From Actinomycetota bacterium (lineage in GTDB: Bacteria > Actinomycetota > Geothermincolia > Geothermincolales > RBG-13-55-18), in assembly GCA_003598015.1 (NCBI GenBank), contig QZKE01000066.1, positions 11,820 through 75,819 of the forward strand: a DNA stretch of 64,000 nucleotides, written 5' to 3'. Every line of letters starts with the position of its first letter. The stretch's first letter is position 1. The notes under the pieces were generated by a model, which saw nothing but the letters and a program-made list of their open reading frames with translations, did not search any database and was not told where the DNA came from. This document shows, in pieces, positions 31,499 through 41,668 of the stretch. A program made the translations under genes and the position numbers.

Positions 31499-32665
31499 AT
31501 GATTCGTAAAGAATACCTGATGACCCCCGGGCCGACGCCCATCCCTCATCAGGTGAGCCTGGTGCAGGCCGAGCCTATTATCCACCACCGCACCCCGGCC
31601 TATACCGAGCTGTTCGTGCGCATGGTGGAAGGCCTGAAGAAAGTCCTGTTTACCGGCAACGACGTGCTCACCTTCGCGGCTTCGGGAACGGGGGCCATGG
31701 AGGGGGCGGTGTCCAACTGCTTCAGCCCCGGGGACCGCGTGCTGGTGGCGGCGGGAGGCAAGTTCGGACAGCGCTTTGCCGAGATCGCCAAGGTCTACAG
31801 CCTCGAGGTGGAGTCCTATGAATATCCCTGGGATGAAGCGGCGGACCCCGCGATCATCGCGCGCCTGCTCGAGGAGAAACCGGATATAAAAGGGGTGTTC
31901 GTGACCCACAGCGAGACCTCCACGGGGGTGGTGAACGACATCAGGGCCATCGGGAAGGTGGTGAAGGATACCCCCGCCATCCTCGTGGTCGATTCCATAA
32001 GCGGTGCGGGAGCCCTGGAACTGCGCACCGATGCATGGAACATCGACGTCCTGGTGACAGGGTCACAGAAAGCCCTGATGACCCCACCCGGCCTGGCGGC
32101 GGCGGCGGTCAGTCCCAAGGCATGGGAAATGGTGGAGAAGGCGGAGTCCCCGGCGTATTATTTCTGCTTCCTGAAGACGCGCAAGAAATACGATTCGGAC
32201 AACCCGGAGTCGCCCTACACGCCGGCCGTCAGCCTGGTCAAGGCGATGTCCACCGCCACCGATCTCCTGCTCGAGGAGGGGATGGAGGCGGCCTGGGAGA
32301 GGCATCGCATCCTGGCCATGTGCACCCGGGCGGCGGTGGAGGCTATGGGGTTGGAGCTGTTTCCCAAGACTCTGGACCGCGCCTACGCGGTGACGGCGGT
32401 GAAGGCACCCGAGGGCATAGGTGGGGGGGATATCGTCAAACATATGAACCGCGTACATGGCGTGATCATCGCGGGCGGGCAGGACAGGCTGAAAGGGCGG
32501 ATATTCCGCATCGGACACGTGGGATATTACAACTTCTTCGATATGGTGCTGGCGCTGTCAGCCCTCGAGATGACCTTGTCGGAACTGGGATTCCCCCTCG
32601 AGTTGGGCGCAGGCATAGCCGCGGCGGAGAGGGTATACTTGGAGATGACGTCCAGCTCCGGATAA
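31499..32665 (+). CDS. Alanine-glyoxylate/serine-pyruvate family class V aminotransferase (candidate SerC substitute)
   Basis: LMTPGPT, SGTGAME, HSETSTG, GSQKALM PLP-Lys; directly upstream of serA. Confidence 0.9.
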   Translation: MIRKEYLMTPGPTPIPHQVSLVQAEPIIHHRTPAYTELFVRMVEGLKKVLFTGNDVLTFAASGTGAMEGAVSNCFSPGDRVLVAAGGKFGQRFAEIAKVYSLEVESYEYPWDEAADPAIIARLLEEKPDIKGVFVTHSETSTGVVNDIRAIGKVVKDTPAILVVDSISGAGALELRTDAWNIDVLVTGSQKALMTPPGLAAAAVSPKAWEMVEKAESPAYYFCFLKTRKKYDSDNPESPYTPAVSLVKAMSTATDLLLEEGMEAAWERHRILAMCTRAAVEAMGLELFPKTLDRAYAVTAVKAPEGIGGGDIVKHMNRVHGVIIAGGQDRLKGRIFRIGHVGYYNFFDMVLALSALEMTLSELGFPLELGAGIAAAERVYLEMTSSSG

Positions 32666-32766
32666 TGGCGGAGACCAGCGGTAATGCGTCAGGGAGGCCG
32701 AGCGCGGCGGAGCGATCGTAGGATACCGGAGGAAAGCGTTCCCGGAGGATAGAGGAGAATAGGGTT

Positions 32767-34359
32767 ATGGAAGAACCGGCCCGTATCCTGATCAAAGAGA
32801 AGATAGCGACGGCGGGAGTGGAGTTGCTGCGCAAGGATTTCGAGGTGGATTTCGTGCCCGACATGTCCCGCGAAGAGATGCTCGAGTGTATAGGAGAGTA
32901 CGAAGGGCTTATCGTGCGATCGGCGACCAAGGTGGACGCGGAGGTCATTCAGGCCGCCAGGCAGATGAAGGTGATAGGACGTGCCGGGGTGGGCGTGGAC
33001 AACATCGACGTGGAGGCGGCCACCAAGCGCGGGATAATGGTCATCAACGCCCCCCAGAGCAATATCATCTCCGCCGCGGAACAGACCATGGCGCTGCTCA
33101 TGGCCATGTGCCGCAACGTGCCGGAGGCGGTGGGCTCGCTGCGCGAAAGGTGCTGGGACCGTAAGAAGTTCGAGGGCGTGGAGCTCTACCACAAGGTGAT
33201 GGGTATAGTGGGCCTGGGACGCATCGGGACCCTGGTGGCGCATCGCTGTCTCGCCTTCGGGATGCAGGTCATCGCCTACGACCCCTACGTCTCCGAGGAG
33301 AAAGGGAAGAAACTCGGTGTCGAACTGGTCTCGGAGCTCGAAGAACTGCTGGACCAGGCGGACTTCATCACCGTGCATCTGCCCAAGACCCCCGAGACAT
33401 ACCACCTCCTGGGGGAGGAGGCTTTCGCGAAGATGAAGGACGGTGTGCGCATACTCAACGTGGCCAGGGGAGGCATCATCGACGAGGACGCTCTCCTGGC
33501 GGCGCTGGACTCCGGCAAGGTCGCGGCCGCGGCTCTGGACGTGTTCGAGAAGGAGCCGGCCACGGAGTGCCCCCTCATCGGGCACCCCGGAGTGATCGCC
33601 ACCCCGCACCTGGGTGCTTCCACCCAGGAGGCGCAAGACCGCGCCGGTACCATGATCGCGGAGTTCGTGCGTTTGGCCCTCAAAGGGGAGTTCGTAGCCA
33701 ACGTGGTCAACCTGCCGGTGCCGGCGGAGGTGGACGAGTCCGTGCGTCTCTTCATGCCCCTGGCGGAGAAACTGGGTCTGCTCCTCACCTACCTGGTGGA
33801 GGGGCACGTTGACGAGATAGAGGTCGAGTACCTGGGCGGGCTGGCGGGCAACGAGACGGGAGTGCTCACGGTTGCCGTACTCAAGGGCTTCTTCCAGAAG
33901 GTCGTCTTCGAGCCGGTCAATTATATCAACGCCCCCATCTTCGCCAGGGAACGGGGCATCGCCGTGCGCGAGACCAAGTCCGAGCAGACCCGGGACTACG
34001 TGAACCTGATCATGGTGCGCGGCCGCCGCGACGGCGACGATGTGGCGGTGGGGGGTACGCTGGTCGGCTTGTCCAACGCGGAGCGCTTCGTCCATGTCTA
34101 CGAATACGACATAGACTTGAGTCCATCGCAGTACATGGCCTTTTTCCGCTACGCGGATATCCCGGGTATGATCGGAAAGATCGGAACCATCCTGGGGAAT
34201 CACGACATCAACATCGCTCACATGCAGGTGGGCAGGCGCAAGATAAGCGGGGAGGCGGTTATGGGCATCAACGTGGACACCCCCATTTCGGAGGACGTGA
34301 TGGAGGAGATACGCAGGGTAACCGACGTGAAGGACAGCAAGTTCATAATATTATGGTGA
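32767..34359 (+). CDS. serA: D-3-phosphoglycerate dehydrogenase
   Basis: RAGVGVDN, GLGRIG, TPHLGAST, C-terminal ACT domain. Confidence 0.96.
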   Translation: MEEPARILIKEKIATAGVELLRKDFEVDFVPDMSREEMLECIGEYEGLIVRSATKVDAEVIQAARQMKVIGRAGVGVDNIDVEAATKRGIMVINAPQSNIISAAEQTMALLMAMCRNVPEAVGSLRERCWDRKKFEGVELYHKVMGIVGLGRIGTLVAHRCLAFGMQVIAYDPYVSEEKGKKLGVELVSELEELLDQADFITVHLPKTPETYHLLGEEAFAKMKDGVRILNVARGGIIDEDALLAALDSGKVAAAALDVFEKEPATECPLIGHPGVIATPHLGASTQEAQDRAGTMIAEFVRLALKGEFVANVVNLPVPAEVDESVRLFMPLAEKLGLLLTYLVEGHVDEIEVEYLGGLAGNETGVLTVAVLKGFFQKVVFEPVNYINAPIFARERGIAVRETKSEQTRDYVNLIMVRGRRDGDDVAVGGTLVGLSNAERFVHVYEYDIDLSPSQYMAFFRYADIPGMIGKIGTILGNHDINIAHMQVGRRKISGEAVMGINVDTPISEDVMEEIRRVTDVKDSKFIILW

Positions 34360-34380
34360 GAATACGGGGAGGGTAGGCCA

Positions 34381-36015
34381 ATGACGCAAAGGATATATAT
34401 CTTCGATACCACGCTGCGGGACGGAGAGCAGGCACCGGGGATCAGCCTGAACCAGAGGGAGAAAGTAGAGATCGCCGAGCAGCTTGCGCGCCTTGAAGTC
34501 GATGCCATCGAGGCCGGGTTCCCCGTCTCCAGCCCGTCCGAATTCGAGGCGGTGAAGTCCATCGCCAAGAACGTCAAGGGGCCGGTTATCTGTGCCCTGT
34601 CCCGTACCGACCGCAACGACATCGACTGGGCCTGGGAAGCCCTGATGTTCGCGGAGCGGCCCCTCATCCATACTTTCATCTCGACCTCCGAGTACCACAT
34701 GAAATACCAGCTCAAGAAGACTCCCAAGCAGGTACTGGAGATGGCCAGAGACGCGGTGGCATACGCGCGCAAGTATACGGAGAACGTCGAGTTCTCGGCC
34801 ATGGACGCCACGCGTTCGGATCCCAAGTTCCTCTACGAGGTATATGCGGCGGCCATCAAGGCGGGAGCCACGGTGATCAATGTCCCGGATACGGTGGGCT
34901 ACGCCGTCCCCGACGAGTTCGCGGTGCTGGTCGAGGGGATAATGAACAACGTCCCGGGCATAGAGGACGTTATGGTGAGCGTACACTGCCACAACGACCT
35001 GGGCCTGGCGGTGGCTAATTCCCTGGCTGCGGCCCGGGTGGGAGCACGCCAGATCGAGTGCGCCATCAACGGCCTCGGGGAGCGCGCCGGCAACTGCTCC
35101 CTGGAGGAGATAGTGATGATCATCAACACCCGCAAGGACGCGACGGACCTGACCACCGGCATCAATACCCGCGAGATATACCAGGCATCGCGGCTGGTCT
35201 CCATGCTCACAGGCTACAACGTGCAGCCCAACAAGGCGGTGGTGGGGGACAACGCCTTCGCCCACGAATCGGGCATCCACCAGGATGGGGTGCTCAAGCA
35301 CCGGGAGACCTACGAGATCATGCAGCCCGAGGATGTAGGCCTGGTGGAGTCGGAGATTTACCTGGGCAAGCATTCCGGCCGGCACGCCCTCAAGACCAAG
35401 CTCGAGGAGATGGGGTTTTACCTCGACGACAATGGACTGGAGAGGGCTTTTATCCGCTTCAAGGAGCTGGCGGGCAAGAAGAAAGAGGTCGCGGTCAAAG
35501 ACCTGGAGGCCATCGCGCTGGACGAGATCCGCACCCTGGAGGAGCTTTTCCAGCTCGAATACATGCAGTCCTCCTCGGGAACCGGCGCCATCCCCATCGC
35601 GGCGGTGAAGCTCTCTCGCGAGAACAAGGGTTTCGAGGCCACCTCCACCGGGGATGGCCAGGTGGATGCGGTGTGCAGGGCTATCCTCAAGGCCGCCAAA
35701 GTGAGGGCGAAGCTGAAGGCTTACCAGGTACAGGCTATCACCAAGGGCCTGGATGCCATGGGCGACGTCACCGTCAAGCTGGACATCGAGGGTCACGAGG
35801 TGGTAGGACGCGGCGTCAGTCCCGACATCATCGAGGCCAGTGCCCGTGCCTACGTCAACGCCATAAACCGTGCGGTGCAGAAGGGCCTCATGGAGAAGAA
35901 GAAACTGGCTCGCCAGGCCAGGTCCACGAGCGCCGCGAAGAAGCCCGCCGCGAAGAAGCCCGCGGCGAAGAAGCCCGCGGCGAAGAAGCCCGCGGCCAAG
36001 AGGCCCAGGAAATAG
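34381..36015 (+). CDS. leuA: 2-isopropylmalate synthase with Lys/Ala-rich tail
   Basis: FDTTLRDGEQ, HCHNDLG, HESGIHQDG, regulatory domain, PAAKK repeats at the C-terminus. Confidence 0.95.
   Translation: MTQRIYIFDTTLRDGEQAPGISLNQREKVEIAEQLARLEVDAIEAGFPVSSPSEFEAVKSIAKNVKGPVICALSRTDRNDIDWAWEALMFAERPLIHTFISTSEYHMKYQLKKTPKQVLEMARDAVAYARKYTENVEFSAMDATRSDPKFLYEVYAAAIKAGATVINVPDTVGYAVPDEFAVLVEGIMNNVPGIEDVMVSVHCHNDLGLAVANSLAAARVGARQIECAINGLGERAGNCSLEEIVMIINTRKDATDLTTGINTREIYQASRLVSMLTGYNVQPNKAVVGDNAFAHESGIHQDGVLKHRETYEIMQPEDVGLVESEIYLGKHSGRHALKTKLEEMGFYLDDNGLERAFIRFKELAGKKKEVAVKDLEAIALDEIRTLEELFQLEYMQSSSGTGAIPIAAVKLSRENKGFEATSTGDGQVDAVCRAILKAAKVRAKLKAYQVQAITKGLDAMGDVTVKLDIEGHEVVGRGVSPDIIEASARAYVNAINRAVQKGLMEKKKLARQARSTSAAKKPAAKKPAAKKPAAKKPAAKRPRK
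35932..36000 (+). repeat. 15-bp coding tandem repeat (AAKKP, about 4.5 units)
   Basis: gc(c/g)gcgaagaagccc units at the 3' end of leuA. Confidence 0.9.
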
Positions 36016-36036
36016 ACCACTTTCAGGTGAAACCGC

Positions 36037-37302
36037 ATGGGATGTACCATAACCGAGAAGATACTCGCGTGGCATTGTGGCCGCGATGAGGTGCAGCCGG
36101 GAGAGCTTGTCAATGCGCGCGTGGACCTCGTCCTCGCCAACGATATCACCGCACCCCTGGCCATAGAGGCATTCCGCGCCATGGGGGCGAAGCAGGTGTT
36201 CGACCCCGCCAGGGTAGTGCTGGTGCCGGATCACTTCGCTCCCGCCCGGGACATACTCGCCGCGGAGAACTGCGCCATGATCAGGGATTTCGCGCGCGAG
36301 CTGGGATTGGAGCATTACTACGAGGTGGGCAGGGTAGGCATCGAACACGTCCTCCTGCCCGAGGAAGGCCTGGTGCTCCCGGGCGAACTCATCGTGGGCG
36401 CCGACTCGCACACCTGCACCTACGGCGCCCTGGGCGCTTTTTCCACGGGGATGGGCTCGACCGACGCGGCCATGGCCATGGCCCTGGGGGAGGTATGGCT
36501 GCGCGTCCCGGAGAGCATGCGCCTGGTCTACGGCGGCGAGCTCGCGCCCTGGGTGGGAGGAAAGGACCTCATCCTGCATACCATCGGACGCATCGGGGTG
36601 GACGGCGCCCGCTATCGCTCCATGGAGTTCTGCGGCCCGGCCATAGAGGCGCTCTCCATGCAGGGGAGGTTCACCATGGCCAACATGGCGGTGGAGGCGG
36701 GGGCCAAGAACGGCATCTTCGCCGTAGACGGCAAGACCCGCTCCTGGCTGGAGAAGAGGGCGCGGCGCGACTACCGCGTCTTCGAGAGCGATGCCGACGC
36801 CTCATACGCGGAGGAATTGAGTTTCGACGTGAGCGCGCTCGAGCCGCAGGTGGCATTCCCGCACCTGCCCTCCAACGTGCGCCCCATCTCGCAGGCCGGG
36901 GAGGTCAAGATCGATCAGGTGGTTATCGGCTCCTGTACCAACGGATGGCTGGAGGACATGGAGACGGCCGCCCGCATCCTGGAGGGGAGGGAAGTGCATC
37001 CCCACGTCAGGGTGATCGTCTTTCCGGGAACACCCAAGATAAAACTGGAGATGATCCGCCGCGGCTGGATGGAGACCTTTATCCAGGCCGGGGCGGTGGT
37101 GAGCACCCCCACATGTGGGCCCTGCCTGGGCGGGCACATGGGGGTGATCGCCGCGGGCGAGAGGGCGGTATCTACCACCAACCGCAACTTCGTGGGCCGC
37201 ATGGGCCACAAGGAAGGGGAGGTCTACCTCACCGGACCCGCCGTGGCGGCGGCATCCGCTGTGACCGGCAGGCTCAGCGACCCCAGGGAGGTGATGGGAT
37301 GA
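36037..37302 (+). CDS. leuC: 3-isopropylmalate dehydratase large subunit
   Basis: GADSHTCTYG, GSCTNG, CGPCLG; lies between leuA and leuD. Confidence 0.93.
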   Translation: MGCTITEKILAWHCGRDEVQPGELVNARVDLVLANDITAPLAIEAFRAMGAKQVFDPARVVLVPDHFAPARDILAAENCAMIRDFARELGLEHYYEVGRVGIEHVLLPEEGLVLPGELIVGADSHTCTYGALGAFSTGMGSTDAAMAMALGEVWLRVPESMRLVYGGELAPWVGGKDLILHTIGRIGVDGARYRSMEFCGPAIEALSMQGRFTMANMAVEAGAKNGIFAVDGKTRSWLEKRARRDYRVFESDADASYAEELSFDVSALEPQVAFPHLPSNVRPISQAGEVKIDQVVIGSCTNGWLEDMETAARILEGREVHPHVRVIVFPGTPKIKLEMIRRGWMETFIQAGAVVSTPTCGPCLGGHMGVIAAGERAVSTTNRNFVGRMGHKEGEVYLTGPAVAAASAVTGRLSDPREVMG

Positions 37303-37808
37303 TGGACTCGCTGATCCTGGAGGGAAAGGCCTGGCGTTACGGGCGCGATATCGATACGGACGCGATCATCCCCGCCCGCCACCTGGCACTGAAGGATCCC
37401 GCCGAGCTCGGTGCGCATTGCCTGGAGGACCTCGACCCCAAGTTCGTGAGGCGGGTGCGCGAGGGGGATTTCATCGTGGCGGAGGAGAACTTCGGCTCCG
37501 GTTCCTCGCGGGAGCATGCCCCCCTGGCCATCAAGGGATGCGGCGTATCCTGCGTCATCGCCGCCTCCTTCGCGAGGATCTTCTACCGCAATGCCATCAA
37601 CGTCGGGCTGCCCATCCTGGAATGCCCGCAGGCCGTGGAGGATATCGGCAGGGGAGACCGCCTGCGCGTCAATCTGGAGAAGGGCACGGTGGAGAATCTC
37701 TCGACGGGGAATACGTTTCAGGCACAACCCTTCCCGGAATTCATGCGCGAGATAATCTCCCTGGGTGGGCTGGTACAATACGTGAAGAAACGCCTGCAAT
37801 CCGGCTGA
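37299..37808 (+). CDS. leuD: 3-isopropylmalate dehydratase small subunit
   Basis: DIDTDAIIPAR, GSGSSREHA; ATGA overlap with leuC. Confidence 0.93.
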   Translation: MMDSLILEGKAWRYGRDIDTDAIIPARHLALKDPAELGAHCLEDLDPKFVRRVREGDFIVAEENFGSGSSREHAPLAIKGCGVSCVIAASFARIFYRNAINVGLPILECPQAVEDIGRGDRLRVNLEKGTVENLSTGNTFQAQPFPEFMREIISLGGLVQYVKKRLQSG

Positions 37809-37924
37809 CGCGGGCCGGGGCGCGGGCGAGCAGGCCGCGGTCACGGGGCAAGCCCTCCCCATATGGCCGCTGGTATGCGCCGGCGAAATAGAAGGATCGA
37901 AAAACATTGACGCGAGGTGAGAGG

Positions 37925-38983
37925 ATGTACAAGATTGCGGTGATCCCCGGCGACGGCACCGGCCCGGAGGTGGCGCGGGAGGGGGTCAAGGTCCTGGAGG
38001 CCATAGCCGGAGTCGCCGGGTTCGACTACGATACGAGATTCTTCGCCTACGGCGGCGACCGCTACCTGGAAACAGGCGTGGTGCTCGACGACGAAGAACT
38101 GGAGGAGCTGCGAGCTTTCGACGCCATCTTCCTCGGCGCCATAGGCCATCCCGGCGTAAAGCCCGGCATCCTGGAGCAGGGCATCCTGCTGCGCATCCGC
38201 TTCGCCCTGGACCAGTACATCAACCTGCGCCCGGTCAAGCTCTTCCCCGGCGTGGACTGCCCCCTCAAGGACAAGGGTCCCGAGGATATAGACTTCGTGG
38301 TGGTGCGCGAGAACACCGAGGGGCTCTACGCGGGCACGGGCGGCTTTCTACGCAAGGGCACCCCCGAGGAAGTAGCGGTGCAGGAGAGCGTGAACACGCG
38401 CAAGGGGGTGGAGCGCTGCCTGCGTTTCGCCTACGAGTATTGCCGCCGCCGCGACCGGGACCGCAAGCTCACCCTGTGCGGCAAGACCAACGTGCTCACC
38501 TACGCCTGGGACCTGTGGGAGCGGACCTTCGAGGAACTGGCACCCGAGTACCCGGATATCGCCACCGACTACGCCCACGTGGACGCCATCTGTATGTGGT
38601 TCGTGAAGAACCCGGAATGGTTCGACGTGGTGGTCACGGACAACATGTTCGGAGACATCATCACCGACCTGGGGGCCATGATCCAGGGCGGCATGGGCAT
38701 CGCCGCGGGAGGCAACATCAATCCCGAGGGCACGTCCATGTTCGAGCCCATCGGGGGATCGGCGCCCAAGTATACGGGCAAGGACGTCATCAATCCCCTG
38801 GCGGCCATCTGCGCCGTGCAGATGATGCTGGACCACCTGGAGGAGAGGAGCGCCGCCGACAGGGTGGAGCGGGCCGTGATACGCGTGTGTTCACGGGACC
38901 TGGAGTCCCTCTCCGCGGGCAGAATGGGGAAGTCCACTTCAGAGGTGGGGGATCTTGTCGTAAAATACATCAAAGAAGAATAA
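37925..38983 (+). CDS. leuB: 3-isopropylmalate dehydrogenase
   Basis: PGDGTGPE, LEQGILLRIR, NMFGDIITD, EPIGGSAP; operon position. Confidence 0.9.
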   Translation: MYKIAVIPGDGTGPEVAREGVKVLEAIAGVAGFDYDTRFFAYGGDRYLETGVVLDDEELEELRAFDAIFLGAIGHPGVKPGILEQGILLRIRFALDQYINLRPVKLFPGVDCPLKDKGPEDIDFVVVRENTEGLYAGTGGFLRKGTPEEVAVQESVNTRKGVERCLRFAYEYCRRRDRDRKLTLCGKTNVLTYAWDLWERTFEELAPEYPDIATDYAHVDAICMWFVKNPEWFDVVVTDNMFGDIITDLGAMIQGGMGIAAGGNINPEGTSMFEPIGGSAPKYTGKDVINPLAAICAVQMMLDHLEERSAADRVERAVIRVCSRDLESLSAGRMGKSTSEVGDLVVKYIKEE

Positions 38984-39041
38984 AGGGAAGCCGGTGCGGC
39001 AGGCACCGGCCATCCTGGGGAATAGAGCGGAAGGAGTTTAG

Positions 39042-39959
39042 ATGCCGATCCCGGAAGTCGAGAAGATCTGGATGGATGGTGAGCTCGTGGATTGGGCGGA
39101 TGCCAAGATCCACATCCTCACCCATACCCTGCACTACGGTTCGGGGGTGTTCGAGGGTATCCGCGCCTACGAGACCCCGCGCGGCGCGGCCGTATTCCGC
39201 CTGGGGGATCACATCAAGCGTCTCTACCGTTCCGCGTCCATATACCATATGCCCATCCCCTTTACTCCCGAGGAGCTCATCGAGGCCACCAAGGTGGTCA
39301 TCAGGGCAAACGGGCTGAAGAGCTGCTATATCCGCCCCATCGCCATCCGCGGCTATGGCGAGATGGGCCTGCACCCGCTGGCGGCACCGGTGAACGTGGC
39401 CATCGCTGTGTGGCCGTGGGGAGCTTACCTGGGCGAGGAGGGTATCAAGCATGGCGTGATGGCCAAGGTATCTTCGTTCCGCCGCAACGAGTCCAACTCC
39501 ATACCCACCGCGGCCAAGGCCACCGGGCAGTATCTCAACTCCATCCTGGCCAAGATGGAGGTGGTGGAGGCCGGATACGACGAGGCCGTGCTCCTCAACA
39601 TGCACGGCCACGTGGCGGACGGAGCGGGGGAGAACATCTTCGTGGTGCGAGGCGGCGCGCTGCTGACTCCGCCCACCACCGCGGGAGCCCTGGAGGGGGT
39701 AACCCGCGACTCGGTCATGCGCATCGCGGAGGATTCCAATATCCCCTGCCGCGAGAAGGACCTGGCGCGCACCGACCTCTACACCGCCGAAGAGGCATTC
39801 TTCACCGGGACAGCAGCAGAAGTCGTGCCCATACGCGAGGTAGACGATCGCGTCATCGGAGAGCCGGGCCCGATCACCCGGCGTATACAGGACAAGTTCT
39901 TCGAGATCGTCAAGGGCCTGGAGAAAGAGTACGAGCACTGGCTGGAATACGTGGACTAG
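39042..39959 (+). CDS. ilvE: Branched-chain amino acid aminotransferase
   Basis: LHYGSGVFEGIRAY, AKATGQY, LEGVTR, FTGTAAEV. Confidence 0.96.
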   Translation: MPIPEVEKIWMDGELVDWADAKIHILTHTLHYGSGVFEGIRAYETPRGAAVFRLGDHIKRLYRSASIYHMPIPFTPEELIEATKVVIRANGLKSCYIRPIAIRGYGEMGLHPLAAPVNVAIAVWPWGAYLGEEGIKHGVMAKVSSFRRNESNSIPTAAKATGQYLNSILAKMEVVEAGYDEAVLLNMHGHVADGAGENIFVVRGGALLTPPTTAGALEGVTRDSVMRIAEDSNIPCREKDLARTDLYTAEEAFFTGTAAEVVPIREVDDRVIGEPGPITRRIQDKFFEIVKGLEKEYEHWLEYVD

Positions 39960-40008
39960 GCTTCGATAAAGCGCCCGCACACGCATCCGTACCTTTGGAG
40001 GATACAGA

Positions 40009-41592
40009 TTGGCTGAAGGCAACGTGAGATTATACGATACCACCCTGCGCGACGGCGCTCAGATGGAGGGCGTGTCCCTCTCGGTGGAGGATAAGCTGAA
40101 GATTCTCCGCCGCCTGGACGAGTTCGGTTTCCATTACGTCGAATGCGGGTATCCCGCCTCCAACCCCAAGGACGCGGAATTCTTCCGCCGCCTGCCGGAG
40201 GTGGAGCTCAAGCATGCGGTGCCGGTAGCCTTCGGTTCCACCCGCAAGGCCATGATCGGGACGGACAAGGACCGTGGGCTGGAGGAATTGCTGCAGGTCG
40301 AGACCCGGGCCATATGCGTGGTCGGCAAGACCTGGGAGCTGCACGTACGCACCGCTCTGCGCACCCAGCTGGACGAGAACCTGTACATGATCGCGGACAC
40401 CGTGGACTTCCTGAAGCGACGCGAGCGTGAGGTCATCTACGATGCCGAGCACTTCTTCGACGCTTATAAGAGCAATCCCGTCTACACCATGCAGACGGTG
40501 AAGGCGGCAGTGGAAGCCGGGGCGGACTGGGTGTGCCTGTGCGACACCAACGGCGGCACCCTGCCCTGGGAAGTGCGCGATATCATGCGCGCGGTGGCCG
40601 GCGAGATCGGCGTGCCCCTGGGCATACACGCCCACAACGACGGCGAGTGCGCCGTGGCCAACAGCCTGGTGGCGGTGGAGGAGGGCGCCGCCATGGTGCA
40701 GGGGACCATCAACGGCTACGGCGAGAGGTGCGGGAACGCCAACCTATGCTCCATCATACCCGCTCTGAATTTAAAGATGGAGCTGCCGGCGGTATCCGGG
40801 GAAAGCCTCGGCTCCCTCACCGAGCTTTCGCACTTCGTGAGCGAGATCGTGAACATCAAGCCGAATTCACACCAGCCTTACGTGGGACAGAAGGCCTTCG
40901 CCCACAAGGGCGGCATGCACGTGAGCGCGGTTACGCGCGAACCCGAGACCTACGAGCACATCAGGCCCGAACTGGTGGGGAACATGCAGCACATCGAGGT
41001 TTCCGAACTCTCCGGAAAGAGCACCATCATCATCAAGGGTAAGGAGCTGGGGCGCGACCTTACCCAGAGCCCCGAGAAGGTGCAGGAGATCCTGGATATG
41101 ATCAAGGAGATGGAGCACAAGGGGTATCATTTCGAGGCCGCCGACGGCTCCTTCGAACTGCTCATGCGCCGCCACCTTGGCATGCACAAGATATTCTTCC
41201 GCCTGGAGAGCTTCCGGGTGATCATGGAGAAGAGGGAGGATGGCAGGGTGGTCACCGAGGCCACCATCAAGGTGCACGTACGCGGCAAGAGAATCATCGC
41301 CACGGGCGAGGGTAACGGCCCGGTGAACGCCCTGGACACCGCTTTGCGCCTGGCTATCGGCAGGGCCTACCCCGAGCTGGACGACATCGACCTCGAGGAC
41401 TACAAGGTCCTCATCCTCAACCCCGAGAAGGCCACTGCCGCCGTGACCCGCGTGCTCATCGAGAGCGGCGACGGCGAGAAGACCTGGGGAACCATAGGCC
41501 TTTCCGAAAACATCATCGAGGCCTCCTGGCAGGCCCTGGTGGATTCCATCGAGTACGGCCTCCTGCATAAAAAAGCGCAACCGGAGCGATAG
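40009..41592 (+). CDS. cimA: Citramalate synthase
   Basis: YDTTLRDGAQ, YPASNPKD, DAEHFFD, AFAHKGGMH, FEAADGSFEL. Confidence 0.92.
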   Translation: MAEGNVRLYDTTLRDGAQMEGVSLSVEDKLKILRRLDEFGFHYVECGYPASNPKDAEFFRRLPEVELKHAVPVAFGSTRKAMIGTDKDRGLEELLQVETRAICVVGKTWELHVRTALRTQLDENLYMIADTVDFLKRREREVIYDAEHFFDAYKSNPVYTMQTVKAAVEAGADWVCLCDTNGGTLPWEVRDIMRAVAGEIGVPLGIHAHNDGECAVANSLVAVEEGAAMVQGTINGYGERCGNANLCSIIPALNLKMELPAVSGESLGSLTELSHFVSEIVNIKPNSHQPYVGQKAFAHKGGMHVSAVTREPETYEHIRPELVGNMQHIEVSELSGKSTIIIKGKELGRDLTQSPEKVQEILDMIKEMEHKGYHFEAADGSFELLMRRHLGMHKIFFRLESFRVIMEKREDGRVVTEATIKVHVRGKRIIATGEGNGPVNALDTALRLAIGRAYPELDDIDLEDYKVLILNPEKATAAVTRVLIESGDGEKTWGTIGLSENIIEASWQALVDSIEYGLLHKKAQPER

Positions 41593-41647
41593 GGGTCAGG
41601 TCTTTCATTTTGCATACCCGGGTATGCAAAATGAAAGACCTGACCCC
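41592..41647. repeat. REP-like perfect 56-bp palindrome, copy 2
   Basis: ggggtcaggtctttcattttgcatacccgggtatgcaaaatgaaagacctgacccc is self-complementary. Confidence 0.93.
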
Positions 41648-41668
41648 CAAGAAAGATAAGAAGGGGCG

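Noticed and set aside
34351-36579. Long antisense ORFs (e.g. 34351..36579, 26838..28571, 19808..21373, 46453..47922, 59189..60463)
   Set aside because: Shadow ORFs opposite well-supported genes, expected with high-GC codon bias.
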